Translations under genes and position numbers: made by a program
Assembly: GCA_030390025.1 (NCBI GenBank)
Contig: CM059428.1
Coordinates: 43,400,001-43,464,000, forward strand
DNA: 64,000 bases
Source: Squalus acanthias
Lineage: Eukaryota
Direction of reading: 5' to 3'
Shown: positions 33,629-46,295 of the stretch, one piece after another
How positions within the stretch are numbered: the first letter of the stretch is position 1
How the letters are laid out: each line of letters opens with the position of its first letter
The notes under the pieces: model-generated
Database searches by the model: none
Seen by the model: the letters and a program-made list of their open reading frames with translations, nothing else
Told to the model about the DNA's origin: nothing

Positions 33629-36503
33629 ACTGATTAAAAAATATCATCCTTAAATTCCTTTCAGAATAATGGAACCACAAAGCCTCATAATGCTCTTTTA
33701 GTCTATATTTAAAATACTCCTTCAGATTTATTCTTCTACCCTTATAAAACCTAGTATTCCTTCATGGCACGATCGGGCATTTTCAGAGTAGTAGGGTAGG
33801 CATCTGCTGATTGGCTTTCCCTTTACCTAAAGGCTTGCAGTCCTGTCGACTAGCTTATGTTTCCTTTAATATTCCTTTCCCCCCTTCCCCACCTTGCTCT
33901 CTTGATCCTCAGGCTTCCCCACACACACAAACTACAAGCCCTACCCTTCATTGCCTTCCCCTTGCCTCAACCTTAAAAACTCCATTAGCTCCACTCTTCC
34001 TTACCTCGCTCACCCACTCACTCACTGCTGTAAAAACGCTGCTCCTTCCTGCCTCAAAATACACACAATTAGGGAGCAGCTTTAACTCCTCTCCCAAGCC
34101 CGGCTGCTTAAAACAGGCTCAAGCCCACAACCCAATTCAAGCCGCCTTTGCCCAATTCAGACCAGAACAAGATGTGGGCCTTTCTGTAAATTGATAAAAA
34201 CAGACCGCATGGTCTCAATTTGGCCAGCAGGCCGACCCAGCAGCAGAACGTGCTGCAAAGGAAAGAGAGTGAGAGAGCGAGGGAAAGAGGGAGGGAGCGC
34301 GCACAAGCAATCAGCTAAAAAGGTTTCCAAATGAAGGCGGTGTCAGTGCAGCACCAAAGCATCAGCCGAATTTTTTGTGCTCAAGTCTCTGGAGAGGGAC
34401 TTGGAACCCACAACCTTCTGACCCAGACACAAGAGTGCTACCCACTGAGCCACGGCCGACCCTGTATGTGAGGGGCACTACAGAAATGCAGGTTGTTGTT
34501 GTCCAAGTGCCTATTCTTTTTGTGCCGCGAGTGTCGGTAAACTATTCGACTGCGGGGTAAGCCCAACGCTACCCTTATCGGGCATCTGCACGCACTACAG
34601 GAGGGATCAGGAATGGGAATCTCGGCTGTTTCTCTTTTGCTCCGATTGCCCAGGAAGCTGAGGTCAGTTGCATCCATTCCTGTTGACTGTTTCAGCAAGG
34701 ACCTCGAAACCATCAACCCTGGGGGCTTCTTTAATTTGCACAGCTCAGCGCTACAAAAAGTGCTTGGAGACTGAGGCACTGGGGAGGTCCTGTGTCCAGC
34801 ACATGTTAGGTAGTGGAGAGCTGGAAGTAATTACATGGCAGTAAACTCATAGAGGGGTTCAGTTGATGTCATAAACTCCCAGAGAGAAGCTTGAGTGGTG
34901 TATAACTCTGAGATGACATTGCAGCCTTCAAATCGTTCCTATGTACCAGTATGTTTTGTGATATTTGAACTGCAGACTTCAAGGGGGTGCTTTTATTTCT
35001 TTGAGCGTCCACTTCTTTGCCAACAGATGAAAACACTGATGTACCCTCCACGCTGCATTGCTGAGAGTTTCTTCCCTGAAGAATTAACCACTGCAAGTAC
35101 TGAGTGAGAATCAACAATCGGTATATGTATATATTACATTTCAAAGGCCAGTGGGTTATACAAAATCCAAGAAAAGCAACAAACACCAAAGGCGGGGTTT
35201 ACGATGATCGTGATACAAATGTCTTGTGTTGTGCAATCTGCTGCTCCCTGGCATGCATTCCATTTCTATCTCATGTTTCACCGCTTTCAAATAATTTTGC
35301 TTCCTTTTTTTTGCGATTCTCATACAGACTCTACTTCATCTCATTCTTAAGAATAAAGACAGCCCCACAAGTTTAATTGAGTTTACAAGTGGTCTCACTC
35401 TTTTTGATCCTGAGCTTACTAAAAGTCATGTGACATGTTTCTTGTAAATGTAACACTTACTTCTCCGGACATTTTCCTGTCACTTTCGGATGAGACATTA
35501 AACCGAGGTCCCGTCTGCTCTCTCAAATGGATGGAAAAGATCCCACGGCACTATTTCGAAGAAGAGCAGGGGAGTTATCCCCGGTAATATTTGGCCAATA
35601 TTTATCCCTCAACCAACATCACTAAAAAACAGATGATCTGGTCATTATCACATTGCTGTTTGTGGGAGCTTGCTGTGTGCAAATTGGCTGCCGCGTTTCC
35701 TACATTACAACAGTGACTACATTTCAAAAGTATTTCATTGGCTGTAAAGTGCTTTGGGACGTCAGGTGGTCGTGAAAGAAATGTGAGTGTTTTTCTATTT
35801 TTTCCATTTCTGTCTTGTCTGTAATGATTTTCTGTCAGTTAAACTTGCTTTTTTAAAATCATATTTTTCTCTTTCCCGCTGACAGGCTGGCTGATTCTTG
35901 CCATGTGTCTCACTCCCAAAGTCGTCCTCTGAACTGAGTCACTCAGGTCCGTTCGGAAGTTGCTCTCTCCCTCCCAGGAAGTTGTATTTTTTAAATTGTT
36001 TTTCTGCTGCCTGACTGGCACCTCCTACCACCTCTCCCCCAACCCCAAAATCCACCTGGTCCCTAATGCTGCTTCCTGGCACCTCCTCCCAACACTAACC
36101 GTCAACTCCTCCCTCTCTCTCCGACTCCAACTGCCGTCTCGCCTGATTGCTTCGTCCTTCACATTTCTCCATCCCAAAGTGTTGCCTCTTCGCCCTCTTC
36201 CTACATCGCTGACCAACACTGGCTCCCGGTTAAGCAACGCTTCAATTTCAAAATTCTCATCCTTGTTTTCAAATTCCTCCAGGGCCTCGCCCCTCCCTAT
36301 CTCTGTAATCTCCTCTAGCCCCACAATCACTCAAGATATCTGCGCTCCTCTATTTCTGCTCTCTTGAGCATTCCTGATTATAACTGCTCCACCATTGGTG
36401 GCCGTGCCTTCTGTTGCCTAGGTCCTAAGCTCTGGAATTCCCCCCCAAAACCTCCCTGCCCCTCTACCTCTCTTTCCTCCTTTAAGACGCTTCTTAAAGA
36501 GAG

Positions 36504-36975
36504 TGTCAGCTGTGGCTCAGTTGGCAGCACACTTGCCTCTGAGTCAGAAGGTTGTGGGTTTAAGTCCCACTCCAGGGACTTGAGCACATAAATCTAGGCT
36601 GATGTTCCAGTGCAGTGCTGAGGGAGTGCTGCACTGTTGGAGGTGCTGTCTTTTGCGTGAGACGTTAAACTGAAGTCCCGTCGGCTTTCTCCTGTGGATG
36701 TAAAAGATCCCATGGCACTATTTTGAAGAAGGTTGCGGAGTTCTCCCTGATGTCCTGGGCAAATATCTATCCCTCGACCAGCATCACTTTAAAAAAAAAC
36801 AGATTATCTGTTCATTTTCACATTGCTGTTTGTGGGAGCTTGCTGTGCGCAAACTGGCGACCGTTTTCCCCACATTGCCACAGTGACTCCACTTCAAAAA
36901 GTACTTCATTGGCTGTAAAGTGCTTTGGGACGTCTGGTGGTTGTGAAAGGCGCTGTCGAAATGCAAGTCTTTCTT
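36504..36975 (+). mobile_element. tRNA-derived Deu-domain SINE (duplicate of 5064-5535)
   Basis: Same sequence as copy 1. Confidence 0.8.
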
Positions 36976-37200
36976 TAAAACCTACCTCTTTGATCAAGCT
37001 TTTGGTCACCTGCCCTAATTTCTCCTCATGTGGCTCGGTGTCAAATTTTTTGACTCATAATGCTCCTGTGAATCGCCTTGGGACGTTTTACGATGTTTAA
37101 GGCGGTGTATAAATGCAAGTTGTTTTTTTTCTCGTTTTTTTTTCTTGAAAAAAATACAAACCGGAGCGTCCCAGCGTCATCCCGAGCGGATTCAGTGGCT

Positions 37201-37275
37201 ATGCAAATTGTTGCTTGCGTGCGGTGTCTGGGGCCTTCCCAGCGGTCAGCCTTTCGCAGGCAAAATCTATAAAAG
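37201..37275 (+). promoter_or_regulatory. Candidate promoter of gene B: octamer (37201-37208) plus TATAAAAG (37268-37275)
   Basis: Same motifs as in gene A. Confidence 0.45.
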
Positions 37276-37477
37276 AGAGCGGGCTGCGGGCGCCGTCCCA
37301 TAGAGAGAGCGGAGCCCCGAGGGTTCAGATATCGGTCATCGAGCTCTGTCCCGGGTGCCGCCGGAACCCTCCTTAAGATGCGGGTCTTTAGCAGCTGTGG
37401 AAACCGATAAAGAAACGATTTTCACTGATCATCGTCTTGTCTTGTTTCGTTTTGACAGCTGTCGAGGAGAGCAAAGT

Positions 37478-37532
37478 ATGGTGAGAAGTCTGCTCGCTGT
37501 TTTGGTGGCTGTTCAATTCAGTTTGGCTCGAG
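37478..37532 (+). CDS. cd276-like: B7/CD276-like gene B, signal-peptide exon
   Basis: Identical to the gene A leader; G|GTAAGT donor. Confidence 0.87.
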
Positions 37533-37887
37533 GTAAGTCTTTAAATGTAACTGTTTCCTTGCACACATTAGAATGAACGATCCACACAGTTTGAGGTGGT
37601 CTTTTCACCACTGAGCAATGGCCCAAAGCAATAACAGTACTTTCACTTGTAATAGCAAAATACTGCGGATGCTGCAAATCTGAAATAATAACAGAAAATG
37701 CTGGAAATACTCAGCAGGTCAGGCAGCATCTGTGGAGAGAAAAACAAGAGTTAACGTTTCAGGTCTGGGACGGAAGGGTTTCACTTGTAATGTTGGGTCA
37801 GTTTAATGGGCAAGATGGATAATTCCCAAGTAAACATTGTTCATGGAGCTGAAAATAATATTTCAAAGAAATAGCCCCTGTCTATTT

Positions 37888-39479
37888 ACATAAGAACAGA
37901 AGAAATGGGAGCAGGAATAGGCCACTTGGCCCCTCGAGCCTCCTTCGCCATTCAATAAGATCATGGCTGATCTTGGGCTCAAAGCCACTTCCCTGCCCGC
38001 TCCCCATATCCCTTCACTCCCTTATCTTGTAAAAATCTGTCTATCTCCACCTTAAATGTATTTAATGACCCAGCCTCCACGGCTCTCTGGAGCAGAGAAT
38101 TCCACAGATTTACGACCCTCTGAAGAAATTCCTCCTCATCTCACTTCTAAAATGGTGACCATTTATTCTGAAACTATGCCCCTGAGTTCTAGATTTCCCC
38201 ACGAGGGGAAATATCCTCTCTGCATCTACCTTGTCGAGTCCCCTCAGTATCTTGTATGTTTCAATAAGATCACCTCTCATTCATCTAAATTCCAATGAGT
38301 ATAGGCCCAACCTGCTCAACCTTTCTTCATAAGTCAACCCCCTCATCTCTGGAATCAACTGTGAATCGTCTCTGAACTGCCTCCAATGCAAGTATATCCT
38401 TCCTTAAATAAGGAGACCAAAACTGTATGCAGTACTCAAGGTGTGGTCTCACCAATACCCTGTACAGTTGTAGCAGGACTTCCCTACTTTTATACTCCAA
38501 CCCCCTTGCAATAAAGGCCAACATTCCATTTGCCTTTTTGATTACTTGCTGCACCTGCATGCTAACTTTTTGTGTTTCATGCACAAGGACCCCCAGGTCC
38601 CTCTGAACTGTAGCATTTTGTAATCTCTCTCCATTTAAAAAATAATTTGCTTTTTTATTTTTCCTGGCAAAGTGGATAACCTTGCACTTTCCCACATTAT
38701 ACTCCATCTGCCAAATGTTTGCCCACTCACTTAGCCTGTCTATATCCCTTTGCAGATTCTTTGAGTCCTCTGCACAACTTGCTTTCCCACCCATCTTTGT
38801 ATCATCCGCAAACTTAGCTACAGTACACTCGGTCCCTTCATCCAAGTCATTAATGTAGATTGTAAATAGTTGAGGCCCCAGCACTGATTCCTGTGGCACC
38901 CCACTAGTTACCGTTTGCCAACCGGAAAATGACCCATTTATCCCGACTCTCTGTTTTCTGTTAATTAACCAATTCTCTATCCATGCTAATATATTACCCC
39001 CAGCTCCGTGAGCTCTTATCTTATGCAGTAACCTTTTACGTGGCACCTTATCGAATGCCTTCAGGAAATCCAAATACACCACATCCACTGGCTCACCCTT
39101 ATCCACCCTGCTCGTTACATCCTCAAAGAACTCCAGCAAATTTGTTAAACATGATTTCCCTTTCATATAACCATGCTGACTCTGCTTGACTGCATTGATT
39201 TTCCAAATGCCCTGCTACTGCTTCCTTAATGAAGGACTCCAGCATTTTCCCAACGACAGATGTTAGGCTAACTGGTCTATAGTTTCCTGCTTTCTGTCTC
39301 CCTCCTTTCTTAAATAGGGGTGTTACATTTGCAGTTTTCCAATCCGCTGGGACCTCTCCATAGTCCAGGGAATTTTGGTAGATTACAACCAATGCATCCA
39401 CCATCTCTGCAGCCACTTCTTTTAAGACCCTGGGATGCAGGCCATCTGGTCCAGGGGACCTGTTGTCTTTTAGTCCCAT
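37888..39479 (-). mobile_element. CR1 LINE 3' 1.6 kb in gene B intron
   Basis: ORFs 38327..39166 and 39123..39533 (RT). The empty site tctattttgtggtgtttactg is in gene C at ~61660. Confidence 0.93.
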
Positions 39480-39771
39480 TATTTTGTGGTGTTTACTGAT
39501 CCTGTTGCTGCAGTTACTTTTTTTGATGTCCATTTTGTGAGATGAGGGAACAAAACTTTTTCTATTTCAATAGATCACAGAATATATAAACCCAGGAAAT
39601 ATCAACCATTCAGGGGAAGAGAAAGTACAACTGTGGGGATAATTACTTCTTAGTGCTTTCCTGTGTTCAAGATTAAATCTCGTATTAATCATCCTTTTAA
39701 AATAAAATATTCTGAAGAGTTAAGATTAAATCTCTTGGAACAATGCTGTTACTAATCTATTTAATTCACAG

Positions 39772-40122
39772 CTCAGTTTCAAGTCCACACCCCAGAAGCA
39801 CCAGTGACTGCTGTCTACGGCCAGTATATGGTGCTGAGTTGCAGCTTTACAGCTCAGGGTGAATCGTCACTGTATCTGCTGTTCATCAGTTGGCACCGTG
39901 TCGAGACGGAGGAAGTTGTTTATAGTTATTATGGAAAAGAGCAACTCAGTCGCCAAAGCCCTCGGTATTCGGGGAGGACAAGCTTATTCCCAGAGGAGTT
40001 AAAACAAGGGAACGTTTCGGTGAAGCTGGACAGAGTGAGACCAGAGGATGCTGGACAGTATGTGTGCTTTGTCAGGAATGCAAAAGGAAGTGGCCAGGGC
40101 ATTGTGTCTCTAATATTTGCAG
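39772..40122 (+). CDS. cd276-like: B7/CD276-like gene B, IgV exon
   Basis: cacAG|...G|GTACAT, 351 nt. AQFQVHTPEAPVTAVYGQYMVLSCSF...ISWHRVET...YSGRTSLFPEELKQGNVSVKLDRVRPEDAGQYVCFV...SLIFA; compare B7-H3 EVQVPEDPVVA...RTALFPDLLAQGNASLRL. Confidence 0.94.
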
Positions 40123-40685
40123 GTACATGCTTCTTTCAGTTTTCATTTTTGTTCTGTCAGTGCTGCAAATTAAAGTCATGCTTCTTGGCCTCCCCTGATG
40201 GCTCAGTGAGTCTCACCATTGAGTGCCTGAGCCGTACAGACCAGGTTTGATGTCCAGAATGTGCTGGTTTAACTCCTCTCCGCTGGAGCAGTGCTATTGG
40301 TGCAATCGACACACCTCTGTTAGGGTTGGCACTCCCGTTTGCTATTCAGCAAGCCCTGTCTGTGGACGGCTCCAGGATCGGGCTGAACTGTGATGGCCTC
40401 GCAGGTGAAAAGCCCACTGATATTTACCATCAAGGGTTACGTATGATTTTGGGATTTTCACCTTCAACTTGATCATTTGGTACAATGATTTGAATATCTC
40501 CAAATTGATCACAAACAGCAATATCTACTACTTGTATTCTGTTTGTACTTGGATTTGTTGTTTTTGAGCATTTAAAGCTTTTATTGCATTATTCAATTAG
40601 TTATTAACTGGAACAAAATTCCTAGTTGGCATTATTTTTATCAAGTTTATTTCTTGTTTCTAATGACCCTTTTATTAATCTACAG

Positions 40686-40970
40686 CATACTACAAGGAAC
40701 CTGACTTTTTTATCCAATTAACACCATCTGGGACAGTGTTCAGATTCGAGTCCCAAGGTTACCCTGAGGCTACTGTTTCCTGGTACAATGAAGAAAATGA
40801 GGCTATTTCCACACTGTCTGAGACTTCGTACCAACAAAGTGGAGATGGTCTATACTCCCTGCAGAGTATTCTGCAAATCAATGACACCAATAGGAGTTCT
40901 AGCTACACATTCAGATTAAGAAATGATGTTCTACACCAATCAGTTTCTCGAACATTTGGTCTTTCTGTAG
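40686..40970 (+). CDS. cd276-like: B7/CD276-like gene B, IgC exon
   Basis: tacAG|...G|GTAAGT, 285 nt. AYYKEPDF...FRFESQGYPEATVSW...GLYSLQSIL...SYTFRLRNDVLHQ. Confidence 0.93.
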
Positions 40971-43849
40971 GTAAGTTGTGTCCTACACTCAGTACTCATA
41001 ACCTCCAGTTGTCTTGCGATACAATGCTGAATCACGACATCTTGATCTCCATGCCATTTGAAGTAAAGGAAATCTTCTTTCAGTTCTTCAGAAACTTCTG
41101 TTCCAGTCTCTGGTTCCACAAGTATAAACCGCTGCACCTTTTTAACTTTCATGGGCCTACACTTCTTGACTTATCAATGTTCTTGGCCTCACTATCTCCC
41201 AAGACCACAAATGGAGCTGCTGCATTGCTCGGCTGCTCAAAAGCTGTTTCCTCGTTTGTGCCAAACACTTCTCACCAAATACCTTTAACTCTCTATAGCT
41301 CGAGTCCTTTTGTGACTTGGATTCTGCTCCCATATTTGGGAAGACTCTCCTTAATGTCTTCCTCGCTCCTTGGAGAGGATATAAGAAGTTCTCTCTCTAT
41401 GCTGTATTGTACCCTCCACGCTATGTAAACTTCTGCTCATCCAAAACCCTGCTGCCCTTCTCCTATCCTGCACTACGATCTGCTAACCCTCTCCCTGTGC
41501 TCGCTGGCCTACATTAGCTCCTGGTTACCAACGCCTCAAATTAAAAATTCTTATCCTTGTGGTTAAGTCCCTTCATGGCCTCGTCCCTCCTAATCTCTCT
41601 GTACCCTTCTCTAGCCCTACAACCCTCTGAGACCTCTGCATTGCTCCAACTCTGGCATCTTGTGAATTCCCTACTGCCATCGCCCTGCCACTGGCAGCCA
41701 TCTATAGCCTGCGCTCCAGAATTCCCTCCCTAAACCTCTCTCTTTTCTCCTCCCTTTTTTAAAACTTTCCTTAAAATCCACCTCTTTGACCAAGCTTTTA
41801 GTCACCCCTTCTAATATCTCTCTTTTTAGGTGTCAGCCTTGCATCAGGTAGGAGAATGTTGTGGGTTCAAGCCCAACTCCAGAGACTTGAGCACAAAAAT
41901 CTAGGCTGACACTCCAGCACAATACTGAGATCATGGCTGATTTGTGACCTAACTCCATATACCCGCCTTTGCCCCACATCCCTTAATACCCCTGGTTAAC
42001 AGAAATCTATCAATCTCGGATTTAAAATGAACAATTTAGTACTGACTAGGATGATGCCAGGTCTATGCTGAGTTAGCTGATCTGAGCAAGGCCAATAGTG
42101 GGGCTCTACATTTAGCTCTGGCTGCAAGTCGTCAGTCAGGTTTCCCATTCCTGATCACTGCCCGTCATCCGTGCTGGAAAGAGTGTGTGTGTGTGGATGT
42201 TAAATGAGGATCGTGATCCAGGTCAGGTGGATACCCTCAATGTCCAAACATCTCGCTGTCTAGGCTTAGACACGAAGAAAGAGTAAAAAGAGAAAGAGCT
42301 GCAAATGCTGGAAATCTGAAACAAATTCACAAAAACACATGGCAGGTTCATCAACATCTGTAAAGGGTTTACACTCAGCCTCAGAACTGAAGATTGGACT
42401 CTGAGTGATGAACTAGACAGCTGTTGGCACCTGTGCACCACACAACACTTGAGTTACCACCTTCAGGAGAGGAGAAAATTGGAGGTAAAATACCAATAAA
42501 AGTGTCCTTTTTAGATTGTGGGCAGAAGAGAAGGCTGAAGTTCGTGAGGAGTTCGACAGGTTTGAGGCCTGGGGAAAGAATTAGTGTTGGAAAACAGTGA
42601 AACCAATCTTGATTTCAACACAATGGAGATGCCGGGAGGAGGAAGAGTTTGCACCACAGTGAATTTACAGTTAATAAGGAACAAGAGAGGCAAATTTGGG
42701 GAAGCACTGAACATAGCAATATTGATAAAATAGAAGCAAGAAAGACTGCAGTAGAAAGAGAGGTTGGAATCTATAGGTGAGAGGGATTTTTTTTTTTTTT
42801 ATTCGTTCATAAGATGTGGGCATCACCTGCAAGGGCAGCATTTATTGCCCATCCCTAACTGCCCTAGAGAAGGTGGTAGTGAGCAATCATTTCAGAGAGC
42901 AGTTAAGAGTCAACTACTCTGCTGTGGGTCTGATATAGGCCAGACCAGGTAAGGACAGCAGATTTCCTTTCCTAAAGGACATTAGTGAGTTAGACAGGTT
43001 TTTATGACAATCCAGTAATTTCAGAGGCAGGATTGCAGAGTTTAACAAACCATTTTTATTTAATCAACTGAATTTAAATTCCCCAGCTATCATGATGAGA
43101 TTCGAACTCACATCTCACTGATGCATTAGCCCAAGCCTACTGGATTACTAGTCCAGTAACAAAACCACTATGCCACCATATCCTATTAGACAACAAGCTT
43201 TTAGCTTTTTCCTGTCTGGAACGTGAGGAGGGTGTCGGAAGGGAATGCGATTACAATTTTCTTGCATGCAGCACACCAAGGAATCCTTCCCCTATATTGC
43301 TTATCACATGATGATTATGAATGAGGAAGGCCAATCAGCCCATCTTAATTCACCCATTCAGAGAGATCCTAATGTCTTCCCTGTTATGAGGTGTGCATAG
43401 GAAATGGCTAAGTTAGGATACCTCGACCTGAGGAGAAAGCATTGAGTGAATGCCTTGAAAAATGTATTTATTATGAGTGAATTATTATAAGTGAAAGAAA
43501 GAGCATTAAAAAGCTTCCTGAATGTAATAACATTTGTTATGGCGGCATCGGCATAAACATGCAGAATGTCCTTTGCCTTGTGTAAATAGCAGATTCTGTG
43601 CTCCCGGAGGAACGCCACGCTGGAAGGGAGCAGAGGTTGGGGATGTGAGCTGCTGCACTGTAGCCCCAATCCTCTGACCCTCCCTCCCTGCGAGGCACAA
43701 ATCCCCACTGGGAGCCGGGATTGCAAGTATTATATGGAGGACGGATGGGGATTGGACGGTGGGGGGTGTTGGTGATTCTGAGGGAAATGCAGTAACATTT
43801 GTAAATAGTGGGCAAATGCCATGTGGTTAAGCATCACGAGAGAAAAGAA

Positions 43850-44277
43850 AGACTTTCATTTATATAGCGCCTTTCGGGACATCCCAGAGTGCTTTACAGC
43901 CAATGTAGCACTTTTTGAAGTGTTGTCACTGTTGGAATGTGGCAGCCAATTTGTACACAGCAAGCTCCCACAAACAGCAATGTGTTAATACCAGATAATC
44001 TGTTTTAGTGATGTTGATTGAGGGATAAATGTTGGCCAGGACACCAGGGATAACTCCCCTGCTCATTTTCAAAATAGTGCCACGGGATCTTATACATCCA
44101 CCTGAGAGAGCAGACGGGGCCTCGGTTTAACGTCTCATCTGAAAGACGGCACCTCCGATAGTGCGGCACTCCCTCAGCACTGCACTGGGAGTGTCAGCCT
44201 AGATTCTTGCGCTCAAGTCTCTGGGGTGGGACTTGAACCCATGACCTTCTGACGCGGATGCTACCAACTGAGCCACA
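43850..44277 (-). mobile_element. Deu-domain tRNA SINE
   Basis: Reverse complement of the 5064-type element, including the tRNA head. Confidence 0.8.
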
Positions 44278-44606
44278 CGTGTGTCACGTGATCAAATCTC
44301 CTGGAATACTTCAAATCAGAATTGGCATCCCCAGTTGGGCTGTGTCCTGGGGTGGTTAATCGTTTACTTGTTGTAGCCTATAAGATACAGAATTATGAAA
44401 TAAAGCTGTTCACCTTGCTCCCTCTGTTTTTTGGAGGGGAAAAAGATAGCTGGCCTGCAGGTCAAGCTTTGGAGAGAGGATGACATTGCTGGGGGCCTAT
44501 TGCATGTGAGGTTTAATCAATGTGCTGAGTAATACACCAGTTGCTATTGTCATCATTTTGGACTTGTCCTTTGATATTGTACACAGTCTGATAGGAGAAG
44601 TATACC

Positions 44607-45025
44607 TCAGCTGTGGTTCAGTGTGTAGCACCCTCGCCTCTGAGTCAGAAAGTTGTGGGTTCACAGTCCCACTCCAGAGACTTGAACACAAAAATCCAGG
44701 CTGACACTCCAGTGCAGTGCTGAGGGAGTGCTGCACTGTCGGAGGTGCCGTCTTTCGGATCAGACGTTAAACCAAGGCCCCGTCTGTTCTCTCAGGTGGA
44801 CGTAAAAGATCCCAAGGCACTATTTCGAAGAAGAGCAGGGGAGTTATCTGGTCATTATCACATTGCTGCTTGTGTGCAAATTGGCTGCTGCGTTTCTATC
44901 TCCATCACTAACTTTCTCACATTACAACAGCGACTCCACTTCAAAAGTATTTCATTGACTGTCAAGTGCTTTGAGATATCTGGTGGTCGTGAAAGGCGCT
45001 ATATAAATACAAGTCATTCTTATAA
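44607..45025 (+). mobile_element. Deu-domain tRNA SINE
   Basis: tRNA head plus Deu core. Confidence 0.8.
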
Positions 45026-45439
45026 CTAAATCATTGATGAAATATCACTTGGTCAGTGGCATTTTTAAAAAAAAATTCAGTGACAAGTACCAGGAACCAC
45101 GACAGTAAGGACCATAAGAAACCGAGGAAGCACTGAGCAGCCAAATGCAGTTACTAATGTGCATAGGGCATGCATAGTCACTCCTTCTCCTGTAGTAATT
45201 TGCCATTACTGTAGCGTGTTCTGTTGCTCAGTTAAGGTAGAAAATCATTGTGTCCTGGTGGGATAGACTGGGGGAAAGAGGCAAATTATCATGCCTCATC
45301 CCATATACTGTATTGGTTTGTAAAGGGTAGAAATCCCAAAGTGGTAAGCAGAATTGCTTGTTGTGGTGGGGTGGGGTAGAGAGAGAAAATTTGGCATGGA
45401 CCTCTGATACACTCTGCACCCTCTCTGGCAAATTGAGCT

Positions 45440-46295
45440 CCAGTTAATTAAATACATCTGGAGTAAAAAAAGCTAGTATCAGTAATGGTAACCATGAAAC
45501 TGTCGGATTGTCATAAAAACCCATCTAGTTCATTAATGTCCTTTAGGAAAGGAAATCTGCCGACCTTACCCGGTCTGGCCTATATGTGACTCCAGACACA
45601 CAGTAATGTGGTTGACTCTTAACTGCCCTCTGAAATCAGTTGTAAGAAACCGCTACGAAACAAAATAATAAAAATGAAACCGGACGGACCATCCAGCATC
45701 GACCTCGGCACCACCGGCTATGGACACGGCAACGGCACACCCAGCCCAGTCAACCCTGCAAAGTCCTCCTCACCAACATCTGGGGACTTGTGCCAAAATT
45801 GAGAGAGCTGTCCCACAGACTAGTCAAGCAATAGCCTGACATAGTCATACTCACAGAATCATACCTTTCAGCCAACATCTCAAACTCCTCCATCACCATT
45901 CCTGGGTATGTCCTGTCCCACCGGCAGGACAGACCCACCAGGGGTGGTGGCACAGTGGTATACAGTCGGGAAGGAGTGGCCCTGGGAGTCTTCAACATTG
46001 ACTCCGGACCCCATGAAGTCTCATGGCTTCAGGTCAAGCAAGGGCAAGGAAACCTCCTGCTGATGACCGCCCTCCCCCAGCTGATGAAGCAGTACTCCGC
46101 CATGTTGAACAGCACTGTGAAGAAGCACTGAGAGTAGCAAGGGCACAGAATGTACTCTGGGTGGGGGACTTCAATATCCATCACCAAGAGTGGCTCGGTA
46201 GCACCGCTGCTGGCTGAGTCCTGAAGGACATGGCTGCTAGTCTGGGATGGACAATAAATGCTGGCCTTGCCAGTGTCGCCCACATCCCATAAAAA
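45440..46295 (+). mobile_element. Internally deleted LINE (5' region, APE fragment and 3' tail)
   Basis: DIVILTESYL, DRPTRGGG, LWVGDFNIHHQEWL; tail aataaatgctggccttgcc. Confidence 0.65.

Larger units (their letters stand above)
31454..38128. repeat. Segmental duplication, copy 2
   Basis: Near-identical to 1-6686, with scattered SNPs and small indels. Confidence 0.97.

Noticed and set aside
40736-41428. 230-aa standalone ORF
   Set aside because: Only the part up to 40970 is IgC; the rest is read-through past a strong GTAAGT donor into intronic and repeat sequence.
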